Below are positions 8,750 through 19,938 of a DNA stretch of 56,327 nucleotides, in pieces. Source of the stretch: a virus (lineage: Duplodnaviria > Caudoviricetes). The notes beneath the pieces are model-generated. The model was not told the DNA's origin. It saw only the letters and a list, made by a program, of their open reading frames with translations, and did no database searches. The DNA lies in the IMG/VR virus record IMGVR_UViG_3300030090_002290, positions 1-56,327 of that record. One strand, given 5' to 3'. How positions within the stretch are numbered: the first letter of the stretch is position 1; the number at the start of each line of letters is the position of its first letter. A program made the position numbers and the translations under genes.

Positions 8750-10990
8750 ATGGCTACAGACTTTATTAAAGGCGTACTTCAAGGGGGCGTGGGGACAAAT
8801 CGATATTATGATGCCCAAACGTCGCGTCGAATTGCGTCAGCAGATTTAGAGCTTCGACAACAAGAGGCGCGGGAAAGGCAAGCTAAAACTGCTGCAGACG
8901 CTAATCAGAAAGAAATAGATGACCTCTATAGAAATATGAGAGGTGAGGAATATATATCTATTTCTGATAAAGGCATCGTGGAGCTATCTCAAAAATTCAA
9001 AGATGATTTAGATGCCGGGAACAAAGTAGCTGCACAGTACGCCACACGTATAGCCCAATACGGTAAGCTAGATTACGTCCCAGAAAATTTTAATATTAAT
9101 CGGTTAGATCGAGGTACTGATCCGTCTGGTAAATCAATATTTGTTGTCGGTGGTAAATATGCTGACGATAAAGAGGCGGGTACGGAAGGTGCTGTTGGAG
9201 TTATAACTCCTGATGGGGCTAGTGATGATGCTTCTCGAGCTAGACCTTTTACTACAGACGATCTTTTTGGGCAACTTAGGTTAGCTTTCCGTGGCGAAGG
9301 CGGGGTGTTGCAATCGCAAAAAGTATATGATCGTGATGACTTTAGGTTATCCGTAGAATTAGCTCGAGTTCAACGTAACATTCTTAAATCAGCGCCTAAT
9401 CAAGAAGTCCAAAGAGAACTGTCTGCAGTTATAGCGTCTGCAAAAAACCCGTCTGAGGAAGTAGAGATCACAAAGACTATAGCCGACGATGTAGGCGTAG
9501 ATTCTTCAAGCCTTGACTCACAGGAGTTTGATGAGGCAGGTAAAAAAGAAAGTTATGTACCTTCAGAGGCAGAAAAGAACGAAGATCCTGCGCGACTGAA
9601 AATATTAAAAGATGACTTCCGCCAGAAATTTGGTTATGAGATGCCAGCTAATTTAGTAGAACAAGCTATAAAAACTGGTAGGTATGACAACCCGAAGAGA
9701 ATGCCCGGTACGGATGCTTTTGGCAAACCGATTGAAGAACAACTTACTGACGAAGATAGAAAGATACAGGGGGCTTTGGATCACTACCGTAGGACACACG
9801 GTGTTGAAATGCCTAAAGAAGCCTTAGAGCAGTATTTGGAAACTGGTAGGTATGACAACCCGAATTATAAAAGAACCCCCGGCAAAGATAACTCTGCTCA
9901 AATTGCTAAATTAGAGGATGAACTAGCTTCTATTGAGAATCGTAAAACAGGTTCTAGGAGAGCTAACGTAGAGGCAGCAAGAAAAAAACGTGCTGAAATA
10001 GAAAGGTTGAAAAAAGAACAGGAGCCTAGTACAGGTCCACAGTGGCTAGGTTTTGAAGAAGCAACGTTTGCAATGCCTGAACCTTTTGAGCCTGAAGCAG
10101 AACAAGTGGTGAAAGACACAATAGAACCTATAGTTAAGGATGAAGAAGGTAAGTTAGCTTCACCGGGAGAGATCGATAAAAAAGTTGATGCAGGTGTTGA
10201 AGTTACCGAAAACGAGCAACGTGCAATAGCCGAAGATCTACAGAAGCAAGGGGTTAAGACTATCCAAGATGTCCGTAACCTTGATGTGTTTAGGCAGGCT
10301 ATGCTTTATGCAATGGTTACTGCAAGGGCACAACCCGGAGCAGTTCGTGAAGCGACCAGGAAAAACTTTATAAGTTTTATTACTACAGGTAGAACTGAAG
10401 CAGAAGCAGAAGATTATAAAGCAGCTACAGCTCGTATGAACGCCCTTACTAATGTAAATCAATATAAACTATCTCTTTCTAGGTATATGGATGAACAAGC
10501 AGATGATGCTGGTGTATATGTAGACGGTGTGTATAAGAGAATTTATGACAACAACTTTGATACTAATACTGGTGAATTAACTGGTGATTGGGCAGCTGTA
10601 AAACAGCTTGCTAACCAAGAGTTACCCCGTTTGTGGGCTAGAGCTGTGGGGGCTGGAGGAACGCCTGCGGCACGGCAGTTATATGCAAATGGGGCTAATT
10701 CTATTATGCATGTAATTCTGCAACAGTTAGCAGAAAGGGGTGAAAGCGGCGGCATAGTAGACAGTTTTATATCTCTATTTAGAAGTGGTGTTGATGGCAA
10801 CATTTCACCTGATTTATCAAGGATTCAAATATCGGGCGATACAATCTATTACCGAAAACTTAGAGAAGATGGCGAAGCTGAACGCGCAGGAGAAGGCGTT
10901 AGTTATAAAGAGCTTCTAAAGGTTAGCCCAGAAGTTGCTGGACTAATTAAAAATATAGCTGAAACAAATGCGCGACGAGAAGGGGCATAA
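8750..10990 (+). CDS. Putative internal virion/ejection protein
   Basis: 746 aa, charged; contains an internal EMP...EQ...TGRYDNP duplication. Confidence 0.55.
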   Translation: MATDFIKGVLQGGVGTNRYYDAQTSRRIASADLELRQQEARERQAKTAADANQKEIDDLYRNMRGEEYISISDKGIVELSQKFKDDLDAGNKVAAQYATRIAQYGKLDYVPENFNINRLDRGTDPSGKSIFVVGGKYADDKEAGTEGAVGVITPDGASDDASRARPFTTDDLFGQLRLAFRGEGGVLQSQKVYDRDDFRLSVELARVQRNILKSAPNQEVQRELSAVIASAKNPSEEVEITKTIADDVGVDSSSLDSQEFDEAGKKESYVPSEAEKNEDPARLKILKDDFRQKFGYEMPANLVEQAIKTGRYDNPKRMPGTDAFGKPIEEQLTDEDRKIQGALDHYRRTHGVEMPKEALEQYLETGRYDNPNYKRTPGKDNSAQIAKLEDELASIENRKTGSRRANVEAARKKRAEIERLKKEQEPSTGPQWLGFEEATFAMPEPFEPEAEQVVKDTIEPIVKDEEGKLASPGEIDKKVDAGVEVTENEQRAIAEDLQKQGVKTIQDVRNLDVFRQAMLYAMVTARAQPGAVREATRKNFISFITTGRTEAEAEDYKAATARMNALTNVNQYKLSLSRYMDEQADDAGVYVDGVYKRIYDNNFDTNTGELTGDWAAVKQLANQELPRLWARAVGAGGTPAARQLYANGANSIMHVILQQLAERGESGGIVDSFISLFRSGVDGNISPDLSRIQISGDTIYYRKLREDGEAERAGEGVSYKELLKVSPEVAGLIKNIAETNARREGA

Positions 10991-10999
10991 GGACAGGCT

Positions 11000-13900
11000 G
11001 TGGCTGAACCTTTTGATGACCCGGTTTATGATTATCTATACGGTTCTCGAAGCGCAGCACCGACACCTTTAGATGACTATGATCCTTCTTTACCTGAAAC
11101 ATTCCGCAGAGGGATGGTGGCAGGTGCAGAAGGGTTAGGCGCGGATTTAAATTATTTTGCCGCGCTAGGTAATAGTCTTATAGGGGACGAAGAGGGTGTA
11201 GCAAAACGTATACAAGCGGCTCGTGCTGATGAAACGGCTGCTGCTGATACTCTTGGTTCTTTACAGCGTTTTGATGAATTTTGGGATGAACCCACTTTTG
11301 ATGGGTTTATGACGCAGATTTTTAAAGGTACAGGCCAGCTTGTACCTTTTGCAATAACTTCTATAGCAGGCGCGGGTGCAGGTGCGCTTGCAGGTGTAGG
11401 CGTAAAGTTAGGTACTGAAGGTACAAAGTACGCTGCAAAAAAGATAATAAAAGATTCGTTAGAAAATACCGCGAAAGGTATAGCTACCCCCGAAGAAAAA
11501 GATATTGCGGAAGGCGCGTTTAACTTAGCCAAACGTGCTCGTTATGGCGCGTACGGTGGAGCAGGTATATCCGAGTTTGCACCTCTTTCTGGTTCTAATT
11601 TTGCTGAAGCACTAGAGTCAGGTGAAGACCCTAATGACCCTGTAGTTGCTTTTAGGGCAGCGGCTTTAGGCATACCCCAAGCTGCAATAGGCGTTGGGGG
11701 TGAAGCCTTAATGGTGCGGCAGATGGCGAAACGAGCTGGTAAATTAGCAGGAGGCAGAAAAGAAACTGTATACGGACGGCTATCTGAAGACTTAACTAGT
11801 GGCTTTTTAAAAGCGGGTACTACAGAAGCAATCGCAGAAACAGCGCAAGAAGGGCTAGCAGTTTTAAACCGCGCTGAAATGGATGACACTTTTACTGCAC
11901 AAGATGCAAAACTGCGATTAGCAGAATCGGCTTTTGCAGCATTCTTTGGCGGCGGCGCTTTTGGCGCGGCAGGTTCTACGGCTGCAGGTAGCGTACGTGA
12001 AATTAGGAACATCCCAGATAATGTTAGTGCAAAAGCTCGAGATTATTTAAACCAAGGTAAAGAGGCAATTACTGAACAAATTATAAACAATCAGTTTTTG
12101 CGTGGTAAAAAACAAGGTTTTCCTGATCCAGAACCTCCTAGCGCCGTAAATGCACAGCTTGACTTAATGTTCAAAGATCGTCACCCGCGAAAAGCAGTGT
12201 GGGTGGCTGGCCAAGAGGCGATGTTTAAAGCTACAGAAACCCCAAGAAAGGTAATACTTTCATCTCCTTCGGGTAATAGAGAAGCGTGGGTTGCATTTGT
12301 CCCTGGGAAAGGAACAATTGTTTCCCCCTTTGTAGACATTGTAGAAGAAGTTGTAGCGGGTAACGCATCTGAAGATGTATTACAGGCAGCGTTAGGCATG
12401 AGCGGGACTAAACCGCCTGATGCAGATAGAGTTGTCCAAGCTTTTGATGGTAAGGGTAATGAGGTTTTTAGTGAAGTAACTAATGCTGATGGGGAGGCAG
12501 GGGCAAAAGTAGCTGCAGAAGCTCAGCGAACAGAAGAAGGTTCTACACGAACTGTCTCACCAGAACAGGCTCTTTCAGAGCGAGCGGAAAAGTACCGAAC
12601 AGAAGTTCCCCCGGAGGTTCTTGAAAACTTGGCAATGCTAGAGGAAGGTACTCGACAGGCGGGGCCTGATGTAACCGACGCTCAACTTGATGCAACTGAA
12701 ACTGTGCAAGACGCAGTTCAAAGAAGAAGAGATAATATTGAAGCGGATAAAGCAGCTCAGCTAGAACAAAATAAAAATACTCTTAGAGATCAAGCACAAA
12801 CAGGTCAGGTAAATGAGGCTTTACTTAGTGATACTGAGGCTTTAGTAGCGGAGATAGAAACTCCTCTTTCTGACGCGTTAGATAAAATCGATGCTGGTTT
12901 AAGGGAACTACAAGAAAAGAAAGGTGAACCAAAAGAATCACCTATGAGACAACGAACAATTCGTGAAAGAGTAAATGACGTTGTTGAATTGATTGAAGTT
13001 TTAACTCCACGCCAAGAAGTTTTAGAGGGCAACAGGCAAGTAAGACAATCTCCTAGATTACTAGCAAGTGGGTTTTTTACAGATCTAACTACGGGTCTTA
13101 CTTTTAGAAGAGTAGACATGCAGGACCAAGAAAGAGTTAGTTCTGTAGAGGAAATTGAAGCGCAGCGTCGTCGCCCTGAGCCTACACCAGAAGCACCTTT
13201 ACAAGCAGGGCCAGAGCTTAGAGCGCAAGCAAGATTATCGGAAGTACGAGAAGAGTTTGGGACTCGCCTTAATGCTTTAGCTAAAGGGGATTCTGATGTA
13301 GCAGCTGTAGCAAAAGCTTATAACAAAAGGTATCAAGCAACTGATGTTGAGGGTAAGAACCTTATCCTTAAAACAATATTTGATATGAAAGAAGAGCTTG
13401 AACGATCTCTTGGGCGGGGGATTGAAGATCGTTTAACTATGCAGGATCTTGAAGCAGAACAAGAAGCAGGGCAGTTTTCAGAAGATGTAGAAGGAGTAGA
13501 ACAGGAAGTAGCTGATCCGACTTCTGGCATGGAAGAGCAAAACTTACGAGTAGTGTTTGAAATGTCTTTCGAGCAAGCCCCGTTAGTAAAACCAAAGTTT
13601 GAACCTGAGCCATTTAATGAAGATGTTGAGGCGCTACAACGCGAATATGAACAGCTATTTGGTAGCGAAAACCCTGCGGATGCGGCATTTGATGCCGCCG
13701 ATGAGGGGCTTGGTTACACTGAAGAGCAGCTCCAATTTTTAGAGGCTAGGGAAGCTAACGAAGTTACAGTAGGCAGACCACCTAATTTGGACAATCTTTC
13801 TACTGGGACAGAAGAAGGGGTAGGTCAAATTAAACTTTACCCCCGTGATATGCCAGCAGCACGAGCTGCTTTTATGGAAGAGTTTGAGGGCAGGTTTTCG

Positions 13901-16900
13901 CCAAACTGGGAGGACGGCGGGTTTTGGCAGCGTATGACTCCTGCAATGCTTAAACAATTAGTTAATCAAAGACGAGCAGGTAAAGAAGTTGAGATAGATC
14001 CACCCGGACCTCTTAACCCTGGCAGATACCTTATAACAGTCCTTTCATCTGATGCTGAATTGTTTAGGCATAAACCAAGAAAAAAACCTGAACAGCTGTT
14101 AACCCTAGACGAATTTTTGTTGGCTGAAGTAAATGCAGCAAAAAGTAGTAAGTTTGCAGCAGAGAGCGGCGTAAGTATTACTGACCCCGATGGCAACATA
14201 GCAAAAGTAAACTTAGTAGATATTATTTCTGCAGGTAAACGGCTGTTGGAAACAAGACTCCAGCAAGATTTTGTTGCCGCTTCAGATGGGCAGGCTTTAA
14301 TGGAGATGTTTAACGAGTTAATAGTTAATGGCTATGACATTTCTTTTGATCTTGAGGGCAGAGATAGAGCCGGTAAAAAAATAATCAAACCAGTATCTAT
14401 AACTAAACAAACAACTTTTACTGCAAAACATATTGTTGATGAAGACAGTATGGCTACCGATTTAGAACAACAAACAAGAACCCGTAGAGGGGCGCAACCT
14501 AATAGATCTCAACTAGAGTTGTTTACTTTAGATGGTAAAGCAGTAGGCGAACAAACTACCTTTAAAAGTACGATTTTAAGAGAGTTAGCTGCTCATCAGC
14601 AAAGAATTAGTAGATGGTTTGTAAGTAACTCGGACGTAGATCCTAACGACCCAACGAGTAGAATTCTTCGGAAGGACGCAAACAAAACAAGACCTGTAGC
14701 CCCTCGGTATTTAAACCCAATACTTAAAACAGCTGCTTCTTCAAAGAGTGACCCTTATCTTAAAGATGATAAAGGTAAAGCGAGGAAGATTCCTTTAAGA
14801 AAAATTATAAGTAAAAACTTAAAGATGTCGCGCGAAGAAGATTTAGGCACAGTAAAAAGACCTACTTCTTTTGCTACAGTTACTGATGCAAACAGGTCTT
14901 ATCTACAAGACCGTGCAGAGGTAAGGCTAGGACGTGAAATACTCGAAGAAGATTTCGAGGCAGAACTTGAAAAAGAGCTAGGGATTCAGGAAGGACTTTA
15001 TGAACGTGAAGTAGCAGGGGTCCCTGGATTAGATGAAAAGGGAGAACCAGAGGGTAGTGGTAGTAGGCTTCTTGACGAATCTCCTGACGTTCCTTACGCC
15101 TACTACGACACAGAAGTACCAACAGTAATAGAAGGGGAAAGGGCAAAGACTTCGTTGTCTTTTATATTTGGGGAACCCGAGTCTACTAATGCGAATGTAA
15201 ATACTGTAGACGTTGTAAAAAGGATGATTGGAACTTTAAGTATAAGAAAGCCCACGGGTGTTATCTTTGCTTCGCAATTAGATGCTTTATCACCAGATCA
15301 AATTAGACAAAGGTTTCGTGATGCTAGAGTAGCCGATAAAATGATCGAGCTAAAAGATGAAATGGCGGCAAGCCAAGGAAGTGATTTAGGCCGAGCTGTT
15401 ACTTATAAAAATTCTCATTTTATTCTTGTAGACGATGTAAATACTGGTAATGAGCTTGGTACGGCTTTAGTACTTGCTCATGAAATAGGTCATCTTTTTC
15501 TAAACGAACAACAATCTGAGCTGTTAAATAAACCTATCTATAGAAAAATAATCCGTGCTTTTAAAAACCGGGATAAGTCTATAGAAGGCTACAGAGGTGA
15601 ACTTGCTTTTGAAGAATGGTTTGCGGATCAAGTAGCTAAATGGGGTAGCCAAGAGTTTATAAAGTCAAAGCCTAAAAATGTTGTAGAAAGCACGTTTAAA
15701 AAGATTGCAGCTAAACTTAGAGCTATGTTTAAAGCATTAGTGCCCTTCTTGCAACGAAGGTTTAAAGGCCCAGTTGAAGTTTCTGTTGAGACATTTATAG
15801 AACAGGTTGTAGAAGCTAATCGTACTAATAACGCAACACTAGTTGCAGATCCAGCTTCTATAGCAACGTGGGAAGAAAAAGCTTTAGTTAAAGCTATACG
15901 CGAAGAAACTGAAAATACTCCAGGGGCAGTAAGTTTTTCTAAGAACCTATTTGAACAAGCAAAACTTGCAATAAACAATAAGGTTAGAGGGATGCAGCCC
16001 TTACGCAATGTGTTCTTTACTGCTAATAAAAACCTTCGAATGATTGGAGATTTTATTAAAGATGCTAAAGGCAAAGAAACAACAACACGTGTAGGGGAAC
16101 TTATTGCAGATATGTTCTACCGTGAAGCGGGTGCTCGTACAGGTGGTAGTAGAATGGGCATGTTGCAAGAAGCTGACGTACAGAATCGTGAAATTGAAGA
16201 GCGATTTAGAAGGGAGATAGGAGCTTTAGATTCACCAGAAGTTATAACTGCAATGGAAGCTGCCAGTAGTGAAACACCTACCACTCAACTTGAAAACGAG
16301 TTAGCCGTTAAGATTCGGGTTTTCTTAGAAGATCTCCATAAGAATTATATCCAACCTTCACAAAAAGGATTTGGACGAAATCAAAAAGGGAGGATTGATT
16401 TCCAACAGAATTATTTTCCTGTTGTTCTAAATCTGCAGGAAATAGCCCACAACGGAGAAGCATTTGCACAACTTCTTCTTAGGGCAGAAGAGCAAAGAAA
16501 ACCGTTTGCTAGTTCTGAGGACAGAATAAAAGCATTAAACGCAATTAGAAAATCACTTGCAAGAATTGTTAAGTATCAAGATGTAGTTGAGAACTCTGAG
16601 TTAAATATAGACGAAGTAGACCCCGCAAGTGTAAGAGAAGAGAAACGACGTTTAACAGCTCTTGTATCCAGAGAAGAGTTAATACAAAAGGGCTTTGCGC
16701 TTCCACCTGTTGAAGCCTTTATGATGTACAAAAAACAGTTAGTAAAACGTGTTGAGTGGAATAGCTCAACAAAAAGTGCTACAGGTACTGATCGTTTACA
16801 ACCTCTTTTAGACCAACTTGATGCGAAAGATAGAGCGTACGCTCAAGAAATTATTAATGGTTATTTAGGGTACGGTTATGAACCTATGTCAGAGAAACGT

Positions 16901-17950
16901 CGCAAGTGGCAAAGTAGATTACTGGCGGCTCAGTACACATTACTACTACCGTTTGCAGCTATCGGTTCACTTCCCGAATTAGCTGGCCCGATTATATTCT
17001 CTAAAGAATTTAATGGTTTTGAGATGGCCTTTAGACAATTAAAGCAAGGTCTTTCCCAAGAAGAAGCTCGAAAAATGGCAGAAGAAATAGGGCTTGTACA
17101 AGACGGGGCTATATCTAATGCTTGGATGAGTGTTACAGAACGTGAACACATGGACGAAGCATCTCGTGCTTGGACTGATAAATATTTTAAATATACAGGG
17201 CTAGAGTTCTTTACAAACTTTAGTCGTAGTTTTGCTACTGGCATGTCAGTGCAGTTTTTACTTCATCATGCTGATTTACCTAACTCAAGGTCAGCCCGTT
17301 ACTTGGATTCTTTAGGGGTTACACCAGCCCAGATAAAAGCATGGGATGAAGGTGGACGCACATTTGAAAGCCAAGAAGGTAAAGCAGTTAAGTTTGCAAT
17401 ACAGAAATTTGTCGAAAGTTCCATACTTAGACCAAACGCAGCAGAACGACCTGTATGGGCTTCTGATCCTAGATGGGCTTTAGTGTGGCAGTTAAAGTCA
17501 TACTTCTACGCTTTTTATACAAAAATAATCGGAGGTATAAGAAGAGAGATTGGAATAAGAATGGCTGAAACTGAAGGGCGGCAACGTGTGTACGGAGCAG
17601 CAGGTATGTTGGCACTGTCAGCAGTGGCTCTATTACCTCTTGCTATGGTAGGTATGGAGTTACGTGAGTATGCCAAGACAGGTTTGGCGTTCTTTACTAC
17701 TTTAGGGCAAAGCGAAAAAGATTACTTTAGAACCGATAATATGGAGTGGGGCGCATACCTTGGAGAGGCTCTCGATAAAACAGGTGTATATGGGCCTCTT
17801 TCAATTGTTTCTATGGCGTATCGAAGTGGGCAATGGAACGGCCCTGCGGCAGGTTTAGCCGCTTTATTAGGCCCAACCGCTGAATCAGTCGAAGCAGTCT
17901 TCGGGCGCGGAGAGTTTGATAGGCTCGTTCCTGCTGCAGCTATCTTATAA
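11000..17950 (+). CDS. Giant internal virion (DNA ejection / polyvalent-type) protein with zincin motif
   Basis: 2316 aa; G/A-rich hydrophobic N-terminal region; LAHEIGH...EEWFAD metallopeptidase motif; hydrophobic C-terminus. Confidence 0.7.
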   Translation: MAEPFDDPVYDYLYGSRSAAPTPLDDYDPSLPETFRRGMVAGAEGLGADLNYFAALGNSLIGDEEGVAKRIQAARADETAAADTLGSLQRFDEFWDEPTFDGFMTQIFKGTGQLVPFAITSIAGAGAGALAGVGVKLGTEGTKYAAKKIIKDSLENTAKGIATPEEKDIAEGAFNLAKRARYGAYGGAGISEFAPLSGSNFAEALESGEDPNDPVVAFRAAALGIPQAAIGVGGEALMVRQMAKRAGKLAGGRKETVYGRLSEDLTSGFLKAGTTEAIAETAQEGLAVLNRAEMDDTFTAQDAKLRLAESAFAAFFGGGAFGAAGSTAAGSVREIRNIPDNVSAKARDYLNQGKEAITEQIINNQFLRGKKQGFPDPEPPSAVNAQLDLMFKDRHPRKAVWVAGQEAMFKATETPRKVILSSPSGNREAWVAFVPGKGTIVSPFVDIVEEVVAGNASEDVLQAALGMSGTKPPDADRVVQAFDGKGNEVFSEVTNADGEAGAKVAAEAQRTEEGSTRTVSPEQALSERAEKYRTEVPPEVLENLAMLEEGTRQAGPDVTDAQLDATETVQDAVQRRRDNIEADKAAQLEQNKNTLRDQAQTGQVNEALLSDTEALVAEIETPLSDALDKIDAGLRELQEKKGEPKESPMRQRTIRERVNDVVELIEVLTPRQEVLEGNRQVRQSPRLLASGFFTDLTTGLTFRRVDMQDQERVSSVEEIEAQRRRPEPTPEAPLQAGPELRAQARLSEVREEFGTRLNALAKGDSDVAAVAKAYNKRYQATDVEGKNLILKTIFDMKEELERSLGRGIEDRLTMQDLEAEQEAGQFSEDVEGVEQEVADPTSGMEEQNLRVVFEMSFEQAPLVKPKFEPEPFNEDVEALQREYEQLFGSENPADAAFDAADEGLGYTEEQLQFLEAREANEVTVGRPPNLDNLSTGTEEGVGQIKLYPRDMPAARAAFMEEFEGRFSPNWEDGGFWQRMTPAMLKQLVNQRRAGKEVEIDPPGPLNPGRYLITVLSSDAELFRHKPRKKPEQLLTLDEFLLAEVNAAKSSKFAAESGVSITDPDGNIAKVNLVDIISAGKRLLETRLQQDFVAASDGQALMEMFNELIVNGYDISFDLEGRDRAGKKIIKPVSITKQTTFTAKHIVDEDSMATDLEQQTRTRRGAQPNRSQLELFTLDGKAVGEQTTFKSTILRELAAHQQRISRWFVSNSDVDPNDPTSRILRKDANKTRPVAPRYLNPILKTAASSKSDPYLKDDKGKARKIPLRKIISKNLKMSREEDLGTVKRPTSFATVTDANRSYLQDRAEVRLGREILEEDFEAELEKELGIQEGLYEREVAGVPGLDEKGEPEGSGSRLLDESPDVPYAYYDTEVPTVIEGERAKTSLSFIFGEPESTNANVNTVDVVKRMIGTLSIRKPTGVIFASQLDALSPDQIRQRFRDARVADKMIELKDEMAASQGSDLGRAVTYKNSHFILVDDVNTGNELGTALVLAHEIGHLFLNEQQSELLNKPIYRKIIRAFKNRDKSIEGYRGELAFEEWFADQVAKWGSQEFIKSKPKNVVESTFKKIAAKLRAMFKALVPFLQRRFKGPVEVSVETFIEQVVEANRTNNATLVADPASIATWEEKALVKAIREETENTPGAVSFSKNLFEQAKLAINNKVRGMQPLRNVFFTANKNLRMIGDFIKDAKGKETTTRVGELIADMFYREAGARTGGSRMGMLQEADVQNREIEERFRREIGALDSPEVITAMEAASSETPTTQLENELAVKIRVFLEDLHKNYIQPSQKGFGRNQKGRIDFQQNYFPVVLNLQEIAHNGEAFAQLLLRAEEQRKPFASSEDRIKALNAIRKSLARIVKYQDVVENSELNIDEVDPASVREEKRRLTALVSREELIQKGFALPPVEAFMMYKKQLVKRVEWNSSTKSATGTDRLQPLLDQLDAKDRAYAQEIINGYLGYGYEPMSEKRRKWQSRLLAAQYTLLLPFAAIGSLPELAGPIIFSKEFNGFEMAFRQLKQGLSQEEARKMAEEIGLVQDGAISNAWMSVTEREHMDEASRAWTDKYFKYTGLEFFTNFSRSFATGMSVQFLLHHADLPNSRSARYLDSLGVTPAQIKAWDEGGRTFESQEGKAVKFAIQKFVESSILRPNAAERPVWASDPRWALVWQLKSYFYAFYTKIIGGIRREIGIRMAETEGRQRVYGAAGMLALSAVALLPLAMVGMELREYAKTGLAFFTTLGQSEKDYFRTDNMEWGAYLGEALDKTGVYGPLSIVSMAYRSGQWNGPAAGLAALLGPTAESVEAVFGRGEFDRLVPAAAIL

Positions 17951-17964
17951 GGAGTATAGACAAA

Positions 17965-18360
17965 ATGGCTTTAACTGCTTTAATTGGACCTGTAACTGGA
18001 CTACTTGAAAAGGTAATCCCGGACAAAAACGCCAGAGACAAGATGGCGCATGAGATCGCAACCATGAGTGATAGACACGCTCAAGAGATTGCGCTAGCTC
18101 AGATTGAAGTAAACAAGATGGAAGCTCAAGGGAATTGGTTTCAGTCAAGCTGGAGACCACTTTGTGGCTGGACTTGTGCTCTTGCACTACTCTGGCATTT
18201 TCTTGGGCAACCAGTAGCTTTGTTCTTTATTACTATGTTTGGGGCAGAAGTCCCAGCGTTACCTGAGTTTGATATGTCTACGTTAATGACAGTGCTTATG
18301 GGTATGTTAGGTCTTGGTGGTTTACGTTCATTTGAGAAAACAAAAGGTGTAAATAAGTGA
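17965..18360 (+). CDS. Holin (3TM / GTA-holin-like)
   Basis: WRP..GW motif and MLGLGGLRSFEKTKG C-terminus; adjacent to endolysin. Confidence 0.8.
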   Translation: MALTALIGPVTGLLEKVIPDKNARDKMAHEIATMSDRHAQEIALAQIEVNKMEAQGNWFQSSWRPLCGWTCALALLWHFLGQPVALFFITMFGAEVPALPEFDMSTLMTVLMGMLGLGGLRSFEKTKGVNK

Positions 18361-18707
18361 ACACGTATAAGTATTTTAAGGTAGAAGATTTTGCCTGTCA
18401 GGAAACAGGTGAGAACGAAATACTATCCGAGTTTATTGTAGGACTCGATCAGTTAAGGGAAGAGTGTGGTTTCCCATTTATTGTTACGTCTGGGTACAGA
18501 TCTCCCCGGCATAGTATTGAGGCTAAGAAAGAAAACCCAGGTACTCATGCCCAAGGGATTGCCGCTGACATTAAAGTTGTTGGCGGAGAACAACGCAGAT
18601 TAATTGTAGAAAACGCCTTAGAACTTGGTTTTAAAGGAATAGGCGTTGCAAAAGACTTTGTCCATGTGGACATACGTCAGACCCGCGCTGTACTGTGGGT
18701 ATACTAA
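18357..18707 (+). CDS. Endolysin, peptidase M15 family
   Basis: TSGYR...H..G.AADI...FVHVD motifs. Confidence 0.85.
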   Translation: MNTYKYFKVEDFACQETGENEILSEFIVGLDQLREECGFPFIVTSGYRSPRHSIEAKKENPGTHAQGIAADIKVVGGEQRRLIVENALELGFKGIGVAKDFVHVDIRQTRAVLWVY

Positions 18708-18737
18708 TACATATAGCACGAATATAATGAGGGCACT

Positions 18738-19112
18738 ATGGCATACTCTAACACTTTAAACTACGTTGTAGGCGATACGTTACCAGAGCTTACGGTTACT
18801 TTGAAAGATAAGAACGCCGCTGCTTCTGGACAAACGCTAGATGTTGACAATGACGCAACTTGGGCACCCATTAATGTAACAGGGGGCACTGTAAGATTGC
18901 GTATACGTGAGCTGGGTAGCACTACTATAACTGACACTTTAAGCATGACAATTAGTGATGCGGCAAATGGCGTTTGTATCACTGCTTTTACAACCGATTG
19001 TTTTCCTTCTGCCGGGACTTATGAAGGTGAAATAGAAATTACTTTTTCAGGCGGTGGTAAACAAACAGTTAATGACTTGGTGAAGTTTAAAGTTCGAGAC
19101 GACTTTGACTAA
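18738..19112 (+). CDS. Putative tail/baseplate upper (BppU-like) domain protein
   Basis: GDTLP...AGTYEGEIEITF pattern. Confidence 0.55.
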   Translation: MAYSNTLNYVVGDTLPELTVTLKDKNAAASGQTLDVDNDATWAPINVTGGTVRLRIRELGSTTITDTLSMTISDAANGVCITAFTTDCFPSAGTYEGEIEITFSGGGKQTVNDLVKFKVRDDFD

Positions 19113-19924
19113 TGACTGACTCTATAATTACGACAAGGGACCTAAAAGCTATATCCTCTGCTAGAGATATGCAGGGGGTTGCGACTGCTCGGCTGCTGAA
19201 AGCTGTTGATGTTAGGTTACTTGCGTCTACTCTTAACAGGTACTTTGACGATGTTCAGAGTATGACAGAAGCCGCAGTTATTTCATTTAGTAAAGGCGCA
19301 GCTGATACGTTTTCTGTTGCGGAAGCAGCAGCTTTTGCTATTAGTAAAGGCGCGGCAGATACGGTAACTCTTTCAGAATCACCGTCTATTGTTACAACTT
19401 ATATCCGTGCCTTTAGTGATGCTTCAAGTTTATCAGAAGCTTCTGCAATAGCTTTTGATAAAGTTGTTAACGATACGAATAACGAAACCATGAATATGAC
19501 CGAATCGTCTGTCATGGCTTTTGATAAAGGTGCAAGCGATACGATCTCTATTGCAGAGTCAGCGGTTCAGGCAGTAGAACTAGCTAAGACCGAATCGTTT
19601 ACCGTCACCGAAGTATTTTCCAGGACCGTAACTTTTACAAGGGCTTTTGCCGATGCGTTTGCTATGGATGACGCAGCAACAGTAGATGCTTTTGTAAAAG
19701 ACTACGATGGCAATAAGGCCAATGTTTTTAGCTTTTCTGATTCCGAAGTAATCGGTTTCGAAAAAGCTGCAACGGACAGTTTCTCTTTTGTAGATACACC
19801 CGGTGTGGGTTTCGACAAAGGAGTTATTGCAGATTCAGTGTCAATGTCTGAAAGTTTCAGTTTTACACTGAGGGGTGGTACAACAATTAATGCTGTAGCA
19901 CTTAACGAAAACACACTTAATTAA
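19112..19924 (+). CDS. Repetitive putative tail structural protein
   Basis: About 19-aa K..ADT.S.SE repeats. Confidence 0.55.
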   Translation: MTDSIITTRDLKAISSARDMQGVATARLLKAVDVRLLASTLNRYFDDVQSMTEAAVISFSKGAADTFSVAEAAAFAISKGAADTVTLSESPSIVTTYIRAFSDASSLSEASAIAFDKVVNDTNNETMNMTESSVMAFDKGASDTISIAESAVQAVELAKTESFTVTEVFSRTVTFTRAFADAFAMDDAATVDAFVKDYDGNKANVFSFSDSEVIGFEKAATDSFSFVDTPGVGFDKGVIADSVSMSESFSFTLRGGTTINAVALNENTLN

Positions 19925-19938
19925 TCGAGGAAGCAAAT

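Noticed and set aside
11152-17244. Many minus-strand ORFs inside the giant gene, and similar antisense ORFs elsewhere
   Set aside because: Shadow ORFs of long coding sequences with no RBS or recognisable motifs
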